DNA of 64,000 nt, from positions 101,478 through 165,477 of the forward strand of contig JAZDHZ010000034.1 in the NCBI GenBank assembly GCA_043805415.1, read 5' to 3'. Shown here piece after piece: positions 35,601 to 45,798 of the stretch. Below the pieces are notes generated by a model, which saw nothing but the letters and a program-made list of their open reading frames with translations, was not told where the DNA came from and searched no databases. Origin of the DNA: Candidatus Omnitrophota bacterium. Lineage in GTDB: Bacteria; Omnitrophota; Gorgyraeia; B26-G9. Each line of letters begins with the position of its first letter. Position 1 is the stretch's first letter. The position numbers and the translations under genes were made by a program.

Positions 35601-38600
35601 ATGGCGAATTAGATGAATACATAACAAAAAGAGGGCAGTCAGAAGATGCTCTTGCGATTGGCAAGGCGCTGTTTATTTTGCAAAGCGCTGCTCCGGAAAT
35701 TTATCAAGGTTTAAAAAAATATAATGCTTCTATATATCTGGCAGAGATCCCCTTCTATGGTTACGCGCGCGGTTCACGAGTATTTGGGCTTGGCGGCAAA
35801 CCAATGGTATTTGTAAATAAAGATTTTCTGAATAATCCTTTCAAAATCGCGCTTGTTTTATCTCACGAAGGTCATCACGCGATTCTTTTGCCCAAAGATT
35901 TACTGGAATCCGCGCTGCGGTATAATTTTTTTACTTTTATCAGGGATGTATTGTACAGTATTCCCCAGGGGGAAAAAGAAGCTTTCGAGATCCAGGCGGG
36001 AGTGGCCAGAGTTTTTTATATTGAGCCGATAAAAGGAAATATGTCTTATGACCCGCTTGATGTGGAAATTGCTTATGGTAGTCAGAAATGGCAAATAGTT
36101 GGGTTGGATATTTTAGGTACCGGCTTGTTCAATGTTATTCCTTTGATTGCCGGATGGTTAATCCTAAAGTTTTTTATGAATAGCAGCCGCGCTGGAAAAA
36201 GCCGAGATTATCAAAGATCAGGCAGCGGGGGATTGTCTAATCTGATAAACAGCAATTCAAGAAATAACAAGCGTCTGATTAGAAAAGGACGCGGTAAACG
36301 CAAAGGGAATTTCTTTTGGTCAATTATTTTAATCCCTTTGCTTGCTTTTCAATTCAGCAGTTTTCTTAGTCCCGCGATTACTCAAGCAAGTGATGTTTTT
36401 ATCCAGCCTCAGGAGAAAACAGAAATAACCGAGTATAAAAATGAACAGATTATAAATCCGATCCTTGGCACTGATCTTAAAGTAAACTCCCATTTTGGCC
36501 CACAGGAAGGAAAGCATAATAACGCGTTAGCTGATTGGTCCGAGGCGGTGATCAGAGGAGTTATTCAGCCCAACGCGGATATAATCCATGTTGATTTTCA
36601 TGCTGATGATTCCGGCGCGGTAATGGACGCGGATATGCTGGCCTTGAACGAAGTTAAGAATTTAAAAACTTCTCAGGAAAAAATCCAGGCAGTGCGGGAT
36701 ATCGCGGCTCATCTGAGAATAGATTCGTTTTATTACCCGGCTTATTTAACCGGACCAACCGGTCAATCAATATTGGGCACAACCTTTTGGGTTCGTCCGG
36801 AAGCAGAATGGCAGGGCGCGGCGAAAGAGCAATATATTGTCAGTGCTCCCTATGGAACGTTCCCCACGGATCATCCTGAGAAATATCCAAATGACAAGAG
36901 GATCAAAAGGTATGAGCTTAATGCCGATGATTTATCTTTAGTCGGGAAAAATGCTCAGTTAAAAAATGGGTTTATTCTGGACATTGATCTGGATTATTTT
37001 ACTTTGCATCGGGAAGATATGAATTGGGTTTATATGCGGGAGCTGCTTGAAAGAAAAGATGAAGCTTCTCAGAAATTAGCAAAGTCGATTCTTAAGACAG
37101 TCCACTATCAGCCGACCAGGCAGCAGCTGCAAAAAAATATTGATTTGTTTATTGACCAGCTCGCGAAGCTGCATGAACGCGGTATAGACCCGGGAATCAT
37201 TTCTGTTTTTGAATCACCGAATTTTACAGCTTATGCTGATGCTAAATGGGTAAATGACCAGTTAGTAAAGGGGTTCAAAGCTATTTACGGCAAAGGCTCT
37301 GCTTTAGCCGCGAAAGACCAGAAACCAAAGAGCGCGGCAAGCTCTGGCTGGAAAAAAATCTCAATCATGGGATTGGTGTCTGTAATCTCCGCGTCTTTTG
37401 CTAATTTGTTTTCCGTGGCTAATCTCTGGGCCATGGAAAATGGAGCGGATAAGGCTTTTGCTTCCTCTGATTTTAAATCAATAGTAACCTACCTTATCAC
37501 AATCGCCTTAATTGGCTTTTTAGTTAAATCGGGATTAAAAGCGCTTAGTTTAGCTAAACAAAAAAACGCGGAACAGCAGGCCGCGGTGATTGTTCCCAGC
37601 CAGGCGGCTTTGGATAAATTAAAAAAATTAGACACTGACATCAGCGCTTTATTTGCTCAAGGGAAAACTCAGGTTATTATCGCCTTTGACGGTCCCTCCG
37701 GCGCGGGCAAGACAACATTGGCTAATTATATTAAGGCAGTTGGTATTGCCGGAATACAGCCATCTGAAATACAGGTATTGTCGCGTGATGATTACGCGGT
37801 TGGCGGTGATTATAATGAGGCGAATATCGTGATTTTAGAAAAAATCTGGCATCGCGGAAAATTAGTTATTGTTGAGGGCAATGGAATCCAGTGGGCCAGT
37901 GCGGTATTAGCAGCAGATGCCGCGTATGCTAATCCGGATATATTTGTTAAAATAACCGCTGCTGAACAGCTGCGCAAACAAAGGCTATTAGAAAAAGGCT
38001 TGTCAGAGTCAGCGGCAAGTGAGCGGATTAGAACAGCATCTGGTCCTGATTCCGGTTTGTTTGATATTATTATTCAAGATCCTTATATCGAGGTTAACAG
38101 CTTGCGCAAGTCCGCGGAATATATAAAGGCTGAGAGCATATTGCGTTCATATCCTAATGACTCCGGCCTTGCTTTAATTCGTGAATTTGTCTTAGATCAA
38201 ATGCTTAGTTCTGATCGGCGCGGTATTATTGTTTATCATAATGAGCGCCATCTTAATGAGTTGTTTGAGTTTTTTGATGCAATATCAAAGCATTTACCGT
38301 TTAAAAATAAAGCCAGCGCCGAGCGTTTGATCCGCATGGCGATTTATCTGCATGATCTGGGCTACTTTTATTCAGAAGATGGATTGCTTATTCCTGGGCA
38401 TGAACAAAGAAGTAAAGATGAGGTTCTTGAATTTGTTAAGAAAAATCCCGGAATATTGTCCGCGGTTGAAGTCCAGTCGATTATGTATCTGATTGATAAA
38501 ACGCAGCTTAAAACCGGTGACGCGATTAAAAATGAAATCAGCGATGATAATAAAACCTATGACTTGCTGGATCGAATTAATAACGCGCAAGAATCAGGTT

Positions 38601-41542
38601 TAACTGCTGAGGATCAACAGTTTTTAGCAAGTTTTATGGAAAAAAACTTTCCGGACGCGAATCCGCGGAATCCGCGAGACCGGCAGCTGGTGCTGGATAC
38701 TATTTTGGGTGGCAAAGCCTTGGCTTTAGCGGATATCTGGGGCCAGGACCAGACATATCTTTATCAGGTTGCTTTATTAAGTCAGGAATTCCGTTATGAT
38801 AAACAGATAATGCTGAATAATAATGATCCTAACGCAGCCAAAAGCCCGGCAGCTATGAGCAATCTGGAACAGGTCGGGGGAAGCAGCGGATTCCAAAGCT
38901 TTGCTCAAGACATGAGGTTTGTTTTCTTTTTAAATAGCGCGGATTATCCGATGCTGGGCATGCAGCAGTATCTTGACGCGGAACAAAAGGAAAAACAAGC
39001 AAAAGGGGAAAAAGAAAAAGCGCTTATTGACCGCAGAACAGCGATGATTGAAAAGAGCAATCAGGTTCAATCTTTAACCAATGTTTTGACCAGCGGAGTT
39101 GATGAAAACCTTAATATCATCGGCCTGGCTAAAGACACTGATCAGCTTCCTCAGGTTATAGCTTTAAAAGAATTTATCGATGAAGGCCTTGGATTAGGCA
39201 TATACGATGACGCGCAAAAAGCGCAGTTAATCTCGGAAATAAACAGCAGAAACGGACTGATTTTCCGGGGAATAGACAATCAGTTTGATCTAGCGGTAGA
39301 CGCTGCTTACATCGCGGAGCTTGCTCCGACTGTTGATGATATATTAATCAGTTCAAAATTTGCTGAAATTTTAAGTGAGCAGGAATTAGCGGAATTGACT
39401 TCTTCCTGGGAGATTAAGAAGTTTTCTCCTGGTCAAGCGATTGTCCAACAGGATATTCCTGATGCGCAAGGGGTTTTTCTGATCCTATCCGGAAATCTGG
39501 ATGTTTTTGTCAATGGATATCATGTGGGGGAAATTCCTCAGGGTGAGCTGTTTGGGGAAATGTCAGTGCTTGATAGTGCTTTGCGCAGCGCCACTGTAAG
39601 AGTTTCTCAGCTTGCCAGCCAGCAGGCGGTAATCGCGGAAATACCAGCGCCTGTATTCACTAAATTATTCGGGGCAAACCGACAGCTGAAACAAAAGATT
39701 AAAGCCCTGATTCAGACAAGAAAAGAAAATTCGCGAAAGGTTTTGGACGCGGAAGAAGAAAAAGATGATGAAGTAAAATTAAAACATAAATTTGAAAGCG
39801 GCCAGCTGGATACAGTGGTTTTTGTTGATGTTGATCTGATGCGTTTAACCAATCAGTATGTTGCCAAGAAAAATGTGAATGTTTTGCTTGATGTTCTGGA
39901 AACAGAATTTGAAAAAGTGATAAAAGCTCTGGGCGCTGAAAATGCCGTAAGCCTGCGCCGCGGAGGAGATGAATTTATTCTGGCAATTAATTCCCGCGAA
40001 AATAAGCAGCAAGCGATTGATATTGCCGCAAAACTTAAAAATAATGTTCAGAGCGCGAAATTTTCGCTTGCTTCAATCGGAACTGACAGGCTTTCTCAGG
40101 AAAGAATCGCGGAAATCGAAAGTTTTGGATGCGGCATAGACACGATCGGTAAGCATAATATTATAATTGTTGGGCAGAAAACAGGCGGTAAAACAGGCCG
40201 GGCTTGTGTGCAGGAATTTCTCGATACAGTCAATGCCATTAGCAGCTTAAAAAATCCGGAAAACCCGGAAGCGGAAGTTTTAAGCATTCAAAGCTCTTGG
40301 CTGGACCAGCCGGCTGTTAACAATGAAGTTAGTTTTACCTTGTCAATCGGCTTGGCAAATGTATCTGAAATTGACAATGTGCCTGGATCTAATCTTTATG
40401 AAAAAGCGCGCAACTTCGCGGCGCAAAGAAAAGATAAATCAAAAGAAATATTTAAAAAACTCGGAGATGGACATATTGAAGCTGTTTCCAGTTTCGCGCC
40501 CTTGGGCGTGGCTGGGGAGAGTATTCTTTTGACTGAGCAAGCAATTGCTGAGCACGCAGATTTCGAACAGCTGCAGGCTGAAGCTAATCGCCTGGAAGCT
40601 GAGCAAATGGAAGCTGAGCAAATCCCGACAGGCATCAGGCATAAGTTTGCCGAAGGTGAGGAGGTATTGTATTTTTCTTCAGAAAATGCCGCGCGGAGTC
40701 ATCTTAACGCGATGCGAGACAATCAGGAACTTAATGCGGCGATTGCTTTTTCGCTGCAAGGATTGGGTTATTATGATCAGGAAGGAAAGATTGATCAATA
40801 TAAAGCGGAATACTACACTTCCCCTGGGGCAGTTAAAGATAATCGGATAGATATCCGTGATTTTAAAGTGGTTAATGAAGCGCATGGCTATGTGGCGGGT
40901 GATGAAATTATCGCGCGCCTGCGCATCGGCGCGATGCGCTTTGCCAGGTTATTTGAGAACTTTGATCTGGTATTTGCCCGCGGCCCTCCGGCAGGACCAA
41001 ATGGATTTCTTATTCCAAAAACAAAACAAGCCGCTGAAATGAACCCAACAGAAGTGCAGGTAATGTTTGTTGAATATATGCGGCAAATAAGAGATTATTT
41101 TAATAAACCGAATGAATCGGCTGTAAAAGTCGGGCAGTTAAGAGTTGTTTGGGATCGAGTTAGCCAAGAGGATAAAAATATCGGAAATGTGATCGAGCGG
41201 ATTAGTCAGACACGCGCGGTTTATGAACAAAAAACTAAACCGAAAAAAGGCAGAAACATGGTTTTAAGATATGATCCTAGTATCCCGGATAAGTGGAGCT
41301 CATTAGCGGAACTTAATGCCCCGGATGCTGTCGCGCAGCTTGAGAATCTTAAAATTATATGGCAGCAAAATAAGCAGCAGTTAGATGCTTTTGCTAATTC
41401 CCGGAAAGTTAGCGGAACCCTGAGACTTGGCACAAAGATTGATTCCATAGATCCTGGATTGCGCGGACCTGCGTTTTCTCTGCAAGGTGATAATCTTAAT
41501 CAGCAATCAAAAAATATCTCTCTTCTGGAACAAGCGATTTAA
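32603..41542 (+). CDS. Giant-family mosaic membrane/secreted protein (~2979 aa): SLT-like lytic transglycosylase, HExxH, uridine-kinase/PRK-like P-loop, HD phosphohydrolase, cNMP-binding, GGDEF, degenerate GGDEF
   Basis: Leader MNYKKSKFRLIFRIISLVLIQAFLVLDFAWA then ATLAPKISL. Internal Tat-like ISRRAFFKTVG...ILSAPAEA (~32883). SLT-like GITWVESKFN...NAIGVTQVIESQA (~33300-33560). SHEGHHAIL (~35866). IIAFDGPSGAGKTTLANYI...QVLSRDDY (~37690). HD: YHNERHLNELF...IYLHDLGY (~38230-38560). cNMP: ELFGEMSVLDSALRSATV (~39380-39720). GGDEF: VVFVDVDLMRLTNQYV...SLRRGGDEFILAI (~39790-40280). Second GGDEF-like DIRDFKVVNEAHGYVAGDEIIARL lacks the GGDEF residues (~40830-41050). Several TM helices. Confidence 0.7.
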   Translation: MNYKKSKFRLIFRIISLVLIQAFLVLDFAWAIGGEFPIADKISQAATLAPKISLNTQEVWDAYVYSSQNSAKINELSLPSDQPMVNIPNQSPLISRRAFFKTVGQKVIGAAAVLTGADLILSAPAEARDLTVALSDLVINFDKGVAEAELNKYIAIIEAQGFKELYSLEKKQAQTLIRIKGLFPLNAEKLSYALNAQAKARGLAKGFVVTASDASWKQSLTYRSMQAFANKVARLSASLGFGEIDSPQLIGLYEGITWVESKFNQWETDAQGRIRPVRSYTNAIGVTQVIESQAVKQIARWIVTHKGGISRYAEIMNELERMISSDSEKLKKSLKANKKFGEEAEALKQFNVYADFAAYKNAGSDIEKQKQIIQRIHRKINSNPKLIGVNLYYALAVWQYLQNRNNLRAGVTAELAESMGQTGQGLTRKNLPLIESGSGAYQPMDLEKAGLQFESDYFRLNLLYQMINPEKIAELLQGAESKILVNTMEYLSRQMMTKIGNQKLGYTYLTLNWDRYRRLELRKNKNNQYEFTERPLSYFQNKPNGFSVSLAAAASYNSGTGSVDDALLNFGNAVDANNLPLWIKNMIGANPQNIREPINYLRVFLEDKFNNTGDLSAQEQKIKNELIAERYKRVYKIQDRLLEKRALIHKNKVRIYAAYRRDDGFDYKLAAWVAQIAGSDYVDSFLRTHGLDKKWQEEILKSSQTLDILAPALADVNSPGYAAAVNIRRYLDSKQLASLAKRQEAFKSKEQARIARIELAKQISKEKQWQKTLEGMTSWAMRSTVGVASLGAAGAIAWIINRRVKLGKKPVPSLIYRLPLQGFWILGFVTVRLFAIVGKILFGTGKYVFSFFAKAKPRINKPRSALLADQKVVRNNRVKQAENRYKNKNRFFSIANLKKLILGSILLAIIAWPFASPAFSHASQKQAQAPPAISLSQEFKKGLIEISKKSDHKQLNAQGELTTIKANLKKNLEFSNSKARERVEQINQLAERNWQKAYVNGELDEYITKRGQSEDALAIGKALFILQSAAPEIYQGLKKYNASIYLAEIPFYGYARGSRVFGLGGKPMVFVNKDFLNNPFKIALVLSHEGHHAILLPKDLLESALRYNFFTFIRDVLYSIPQGEKEAFEIQAGVARVFYIEPIKGNMSYDPLDVEIAYGSQKWQIVGLDILGTGLFNVIPLIAGWLILKFFMNSSRAGKSRDYQRSGSGGLSNLINSNSRNNKRLIRKGRGKRKGNFFWSIILIPLLAFQFSSFLSPAITQASDVFIQPQEKTEITEYKNEQIINPILGTDLKVNSHFGPQEGKHNNALADWSEAVIRGVIQPNADIIHVDFHADDSGAVMDADMLALNEVKNLKTSQEKIQAVRDIAAHLRIDSFYYPAYLTGPTGQSILGTTFWVRPEAEWQGAAKEQYIVSAPYGTFPTDHPEKYPNDKRIKRYELNADDLSLVGKNAQLKNGFILDIDLDYFTLHREDMNWVYMRELLERKDEASQKLAKSILKTVHYQPTRQQLQKNIDLFIDQLAKLHERGIDPGIISVFESPNFTAYADAKWVNDQLVKGFKAIYGKGSALAAKDQKPKSAASSGWKKISIMGLVSVISASFANLFSVANLWAMENGADKAFASSDFKSIVTYLITIALIGFLVKSGLKALSLAKQKNAEQQAAVIVPSQAALDKLKKLDTDISALFAQGKTQVIIAFDGPSGAGKTTLANYIKAVGIAGIQPSEIQVLSRDDYAVGGDYNEANIVILEKIWHRGKLVIVEGNGIQWASAVLAADAAYANPDIFVKITAAEQLRKQRLLEKGLSESAASERIRTASGPDSGLFDIIIQDPYIEVNSLRKSAEYIKAESILRSYPNDSGLALIREFVLDQMLSSDRRGIIVYHNERHLNELFEFFDAISKHLPFKNKASAERLIRMAIYLHDLGYFYSEDGLLIPGHEQRSKDEVLEFVKKNPGILSAVEVQSIMYLIDKTQLKTGDAIKNEISDDNKTYDLLDRINNAQESGLTAEDQQFLASFMEKNFPDANPRNPRDRQLVLDTILGGKALALADIWGQDQTYLYQVALLSQEFRYDKQIMLNNNDPNAAKSPAAMSNLEQVGGSSGFQSFAQDMRFVFFLNSADYPMLGMQQYLDAEQKEKQAKGEKEKALIDRRTAMIEKSNQVQSLTNVLTSGVDENLNIIGLAKDTDQLPQVIALKEFIDEGLGLGIYDDAQKAQLISEINSRNGLIFRGIDNQFDLAVDAAYIAELAPTVDDILISSKFAEILSEQELAELTSSWEIKKFSPGQAIVQQDIPDAQGVFLILSGNLDVFVNGYHVGEIPQGELFGEMSVLDSALRSATVRVSQLASQQAVIAEIPAPVFTKLFGANRQLKQKIKALIQTRKENSRKVLDAEEEKDDEVKLKHKFESGQLDTVVFVDVDLMRLTNQYVAKKNVNVLLDVLETEFEKVIKALGAENAVSLRRGGDEFILAINSRENKQQAIDIAAKLKNNVQSAKFSLASIGTDRLSQERIAEIESFGCGIDTIGKHNIIIVGQKTGGKTGRACVQEFLDTVNAISSLKNPENPEAEVLSIQSSWLDQPAVNNEVSFTLSIGLANVSEIDNVPGSNLYEKARNFAAQRKDKSKEIFKKLGDGHIEAVSSFAPLGVAGESILLTEQAIAEHADFEQLQAEANRLEAEQMEAEQIPTGIRHKFAEGEEVLYFSSENAARSHLNAMRDNQELNAAIAFSLQGLGYYDQEGKIDQYKAEYYTSPGAVKDNRIDIRDFKVVNEAHGYVAGDEIIARLRIGAMRFARLFENFDLVFARGPPAGPNGFLIPKTKQAAEMNPTEVQVMFVEYMRQIRDYFNKPNESAVKVGQLRVVWDRVSQEDKNIGNVIERISQTRAVYEQKTKPKKGRNMVLRYDPSIPDKWSSLAELNAPDAVAQLENLKIIWQQNKQQLDAFANSRKVSGTLRLGTKIDSIDPGLRGPAFSLQGDNLNQQSKNISLLEQAI

Positions 41543-41728
41543 ATTATTCCTAATTTATAAGTAATTACTTGCCAAGCACTTACAATCCTGGAAAACCCTG
41601 CGCCAAAACCCCTGATTTGCTTGTAAAACCATAAGCTTTATGGTATACTTAAAACCTTTTTAAATTAATACAAAAGTGTGTAACATCTTTATTTACTATT
41701 AGTTAATGTTTAATGCGAGGAGTTGATT

Positions 41729-43429
41729 TTGAACTTAAAATTTCTTAAATGCGCAATGATTTTATTTATGGTTTTTCTCCTGAATACAAAAAATTGCTTT
41801 GCTGATTTGCTTTCTGAATCTTTTCTTAGCCCGGTATCAAATATTGATCTGGGATCATTGCAAAAAACATTTACCTATTTAGTAAATGAGCAAACTTATT
41901 CAGAATATAAAGCAATCTTTGAAATCAATGATCAGGATAAACCGCGGCGCGATCTTAAAGCGCGGGATTTAGAAGATTTTTTACAAGTCATAACCGATAT
42001 TCGCTTGATCCTGGAAATGTTTTCCCAGGGAAATGCGTTTAAAGGAATTATGAACCAGGCAGATAAAGAAACAATAGATGATTTCCTGAGCAATCATCCG
42101 GATGAGATTGAGCTGCTGAAAGATTCAGGAATTAAACCTGTTCTTAGCGCTATCCTTGAGCGCGCTTTGGCGCAGCTGGCTGCAAGGCAAAGAGCGGTCC
42201 CGTCTTTGGCTGAAACCATGTATAAGGAATTAATTTTTAGATTAAAAACAAAGCTGGAAACAGCCGCGGGAATGCTTAAGACAGGCATGCCGATTAAATC
42301 AATCAATTTTAATCAGGAAATACTTTCCTATCTAAAACCAGAAACCCTTAACCGGATAATCGAAAACATTAACTGGCAAAATCAAGACCCTGATGATTAT
42401 AGCGGGCAAAGAAAGATTATTTTAAACCTGGATAAACCAATTGTTTTGGAAAACGGTAAAATAATCAACTCAATTGAAATCAAAGGAGTTGTTTACCGAA
42501 AAGATGAGGTTGCGGTTACTCCTTTACAGGAGAGGTTTAACACAATAAAAGTTCCAAGATTAGACAAAAACAATCTAACTGCTTTGAAAAAAAGAGTACA
42601 TTTAAAAGGCGGAATGCCTTTTGCCGCGGCTAAAAGAGAATATATGATTTTAGAAAAACTTTACGCGCAAGGTAATTACCAGTATGATTATCCCATCGGA
42701 TACGGCAGGTATAAGAATTATACGTTCCAGGGCAAACAATTTGGATTTATCATCACAGGTGTGGAAAATTCAAGGCGAACAAGAATGGGCGACTGGTTTT
42801 TTGATAACTATCAGGAGATTTTTGATTTACTCACGATTGATAAAGTCAGATTCGCTAATTTAGCAGTAGAACTCTTTGAGGTTCATGAAACTTTTCTCAG
42901 GCATTATGGCCGGGAGTTGCGGAGGTTTCATGACAGCGGATTTTATCATGGTTATCCGCATACTTTAAATGTAAGCTGGGATAAAGAATTTAAAAATATC
43001 GTGCTTAATGATTTTGAAGCCAGCAAGCTGATTTCCCATTTGCCTGTTGAAAAAAGAGTTGGCTACCGATTGATAGATCTAAGCTCGGCTTATGCCCATT
43101 TTATTTACTTTCTTACCAATGATCGGGATTTAATGGAACTAGCGGCGTTTTCCGAAGGCATGAATCATCTGAATAATCCTTTTCGCTATTTTCTTCAGGG
43201 GTATTTTGGCAATGATTTGCCAAATTTTAATTTTGATGGTTTTATGAGTGAAGCTATTTATCCGGCGGTTGTGTCCGGGGTAGATGTGATTAATGACCTG
43301 GATCAGGATATTGTGAGTAAACTTTTGAATATTGAAGGCGCGGATTATAAGCGAGTTAAGTATATTGATCAAATTGTTTTTGATGCGCAGGGCTTTGTAA
43401 ATGAACTTGCCTGTCAAGAAGCGATCTAG
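41729..43429 (+). CDS. Hypothetical secreted protein (LSP-motif family)
   Basis: GAGGAG RBS 6 nt before the TTG at 41729 (alternative starts at 41723 or 41756). Signal peptide ...FLLNTKNCFA then FLSPVSNI. No recognisable catalytic motifs. Confidence 0.45.
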   Translation: MNLKFLKCAMILFMVFLLNTKNCFADLLSESFLSPVSNIDLGSLQKTFTYLVNEQTYSEYKAIFEINDQDKPRRDLKARDLEDFLQVITDIRLILEMFSQGNAFKGIMNQADKETIDDFLSNHPDEIELLKDSGIKPVLSAILERALAQLAARQRAVPSLAETMYKELIFRLKTKLETAAGMLKTGMPIKSINFNQEILSYLKPETLNRIIENINWQNQDPDDYSGQRKIILNLDKPIVLENGKIINSIEIKGVVYRKDEVAVTPLQERFNTIKVPRLDKNNLTALKKRVHLKGGMPFAAAKREYMILEKLYAQGNYQYDYPIGYGRYKNYTFQGKQFGFIITGVENSRRTRMGDWFFDNYQEIFDLLTIDKVRFANLAVELFEVHETFLRHYGRELRRFHDSGFYHGYPHTLNVSWDKEFKNIVLNDFEASKLISHLPVEKRVGYRLIDLSSAYAHFIYFLTNDRDLMELAAFSEGMNHLNNPFRYFLQGYFGNDLPNFNFDGFMSEAIYPAVVSGVDVINDLDQDIVSKLLNIEGADYKRVKYIDQIVFDAQGFVNELACQEAI

Positions 43430-43625
43430 GCTCAAATATTAAAATTTTTAAAAAAATTGTAATCTTTATACTTATTCAAAAGAGGTTGTTTTTTTTAGTG
43501 GCTGTTCTGCCGCGGGTAGTGAGCTTATTGAGTTTTTTGTGGCTCAATCAATATAGTCGAAGTATTTATCTTGCCTTGTTGTTTCTCCCTTGCTAAAATG
43601 ATATTTATCAAGGAGGACACTAAAA

Positions 43626-45791
43626 ATGCCTTTATATAATTCCCAGCAAAAAGTACAATCCGGAATGCCTTTGGGCGGTATCGGCGCCGGCAAATTCGAA
43701 ATCACGCCTTATGGGACCATTGATTATATAACCTATCAAAATAACTGGAGCCGGCCGATAGCCAATCAAAGTAATAAAGCCCAAGGTAAGGCTCTGGGAA
43801 TTACGGGTTTTCACTTTGCCTTATATGTTAATACGCAGGCAGCGGCGATCTGCAAGCTTCTGCAAACCGAACCCATCAGCGCTTATAATACAATTCAAGC
43901 CATAGATTTCTTTGGAAAGTTTCCCTTGGCGCGGCTGGTATATAAAGACGATAATCTGCCGGTGGACATATCGCTGACTGTTTATTCCCATCTTATTCCC
44001 GGGGATATTAAAAACTCCAGCTTGCCAGGGGCGGTGTTTGAATTTGATCTTAGCAATAAACTGGATAAAAATATTGAAGTGGCAATAATGTTTATCGGCC
44101 GAAATCTTGTTTCAAGAAATTCCGTGGGCAGAATTAATAATTTTAAGCAGGAACATGATTTGGCTGGTCTGGAGTTTACCCACACAAAACCTTTAAGCCA
44201 TGATGAACAAGCTGGAGATACTTTTATCTGTTTGCCCAAAGACATTGGTAAAATCAGTTTTTTAAGCGGCTGGAACATGCAAAAGGAAAACTTTATTTTT
44301 GAGCCAAAAGTCGGGCTGGATGCTTTGGATTATTTTAGCAGTCATGGCAGATTGCCGAATATTAAAATGAAAGAACCGACCCAAAGCCAGAGCATTGAAT
44401 TAGGCGGGGCATTAGCAGTTAGTTTTAATTTAGCGGCGCGGCAGAATAAAAAAGTTCCGTTTATTTATTCTTGGCATTTCCCCCAGCATTTTCAAGGCCA
44501 TGTTTATGAAAAGTATTTTAAAAAAAGCCGCGATGTCGCGGTATATATTAATCGCAACAAAGATGAGCTTTTTAAAAAAACCGCTTGCCTGCCGAATATA
44601 TTGGAGCGCATGGGCTTAGAAGACTGGCTGTCTGACGCCTTATTAAATAATCTATATACCTTGTTTTCTTCGAGCTGGCTTACCCGCAAAGCTGACTTTA
44701 CCATGTATGAGGCCCCGATAATCTGTCCTTTAATGGGTACGCTGGATGTTTATTTTTACGCTTCAACGGCAATTGGTTTATTGTTTCCTTCATTAGATAA
44801 AAAAGCATTGAGTTTATTTAAACAGCATATTCGTAAATCAGGATATGTGCCGCATGATATTGGTTTAGAGCGGATTGATCTTCCTTCTAATGGGACTACG
44901 ATGGTATTGTGGAAAGATTTAAATCCCAAGTTTATTCTTTCCTGTTACCGCGCTTTCTGCGAGACAAAGGACCTTAAGTTTTTAAAAGAAGTTTATCCGG
45001 TTATGAAAAAAGCCTTTGAATATAGTTTAAAACTGGATAAAGACGGAGATGGTTTGCCGGATAATGAAGGTTTTGACACCACCTTTGATACTTGGGGATT
45101 TAAAGGCGCCAGTGCTTATAATGGCGGAGTGTTTCTGGTCAGCCTTTTGGCTTTAAGACGCGTGGCTGAGCAGTTTAATGATAAAAAACTGGCGAAAAGA
45201 TGCATTGATCTATTTAGCAAAGGAAGAAAGAGTTTTGAGCAAAAACTCTGGAACGGCAAATATTATATTACTGCCAAAAGCGCGGAGCAAAGTTATGAAT
45301 CCTGCATTCTTGGCCAGCTGACGGGCCAATGGTACGCTTATTTACTCGGCCTGGGCAGAATTTTCCCTGAAGAAAATATTAAAAGCGCGATAAAGTGGAT
45401 TTTAAAATTAAATGAAAAAGATTCAAAATACGGCGCGACCAATTCAGTATTTATGGATAAAAAAAGAGATCTGGAATCTTATCACTCCCAGAATATCTGG
45501 CCTGGAGTGTGTTATTCTTTTGCTGCTTTAGCCATATATGAGGGATTTGTTAAAGAAGGTTTGAAATTAACTAAAAAAGTCTGGAATACAATATCAGTAA
45601 AAAATAAAAATCCCTGGAACCAGTCGGATGTGATTATTGCTAAAGACGGCAGTTATGGTTTTGGCGATTATTATATGCGCAATTCAGTTATTTGGGCTGT
45701 GCTGATTGCTTTGGCTGAGAATAATCCCGCAGTTGCCAGCGGAATAGCTGAGATCCGGAAAATGGTTCAGTCTTCAGAGCCAAAAGGATAG
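43626..45791 (+). CDS. GH116-family (GBA2/glucosylceramidase-type) glycoside hydrolase-like protein
   Basis: N-terminal GMPLGGIGAGKFEITPYG matches the conserved GIPLGGIGxG of the GH116 N-domain. Large (alpha/alpha)6-type C-terminal region. Good AAGGAGG RBS. Confidence 0.55.
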   Translation: MPLYNSQQKVQSGMPLGGIGAGKFEITPYGTIDYITYQNNWSRPIANQSNKAQGKALGITGFHFALYVNTQAAAICKLLQTEPISAYNTIQAIDFFGKFPLARLVYKDDNLPVDISLTVYSHLIPGDIKNSSLPGAVFEFDLSNKLDKNIEVAIMFIGRNLVSRNSVGRINNFKQEHDLAGLEFTHTKPLSHDEQAGDTFICLPKDIGKISFLSGWNMQKENFIFEPKVGLDALDYFSSHGRLPNIKMKEPTQSQSIELGGALAVSFNLAARQNKKVPFIYSWHFPQHFQGHVYEKYFKKSRDVAVYINRNKDELFKKTACLPNILERMGLEDWLSDALLNNLYTLFSSSWLTRKADFTMYEAPIICPLMGTLDVYFYASTAIGLLFPSLDKKALSLFKQHIRKSGYVPHDIGLERIDLPSNGTTMVLWKDLNPKFILSCYRAFCETKDLKFLKEVYPVMKKAFEYSLKLDKDGDGLPDNEGFDTTFDTWGFKGASAYNGGVFLVSLLALRRVAEQFNDKKLAKRCIDLFSKGRKSFEQKLWNGKYYITAKSAEQSYESCILGQLTGQWYAYLLGLGRIFPEENIKSAIKWILKLNEKDSKYGATNSVFMDKKRDLESYHSQNIWPGVCYSFAALAIYEGFVKEGLKLTKKVWNTISVKNKNPWNQSDVIIAKDGSYGFGDYYMRNSVIWAVLIALAENNPAVASGIAEIRKMVQSSEPKG

Positions 45792-45798
45792 AAAACTT

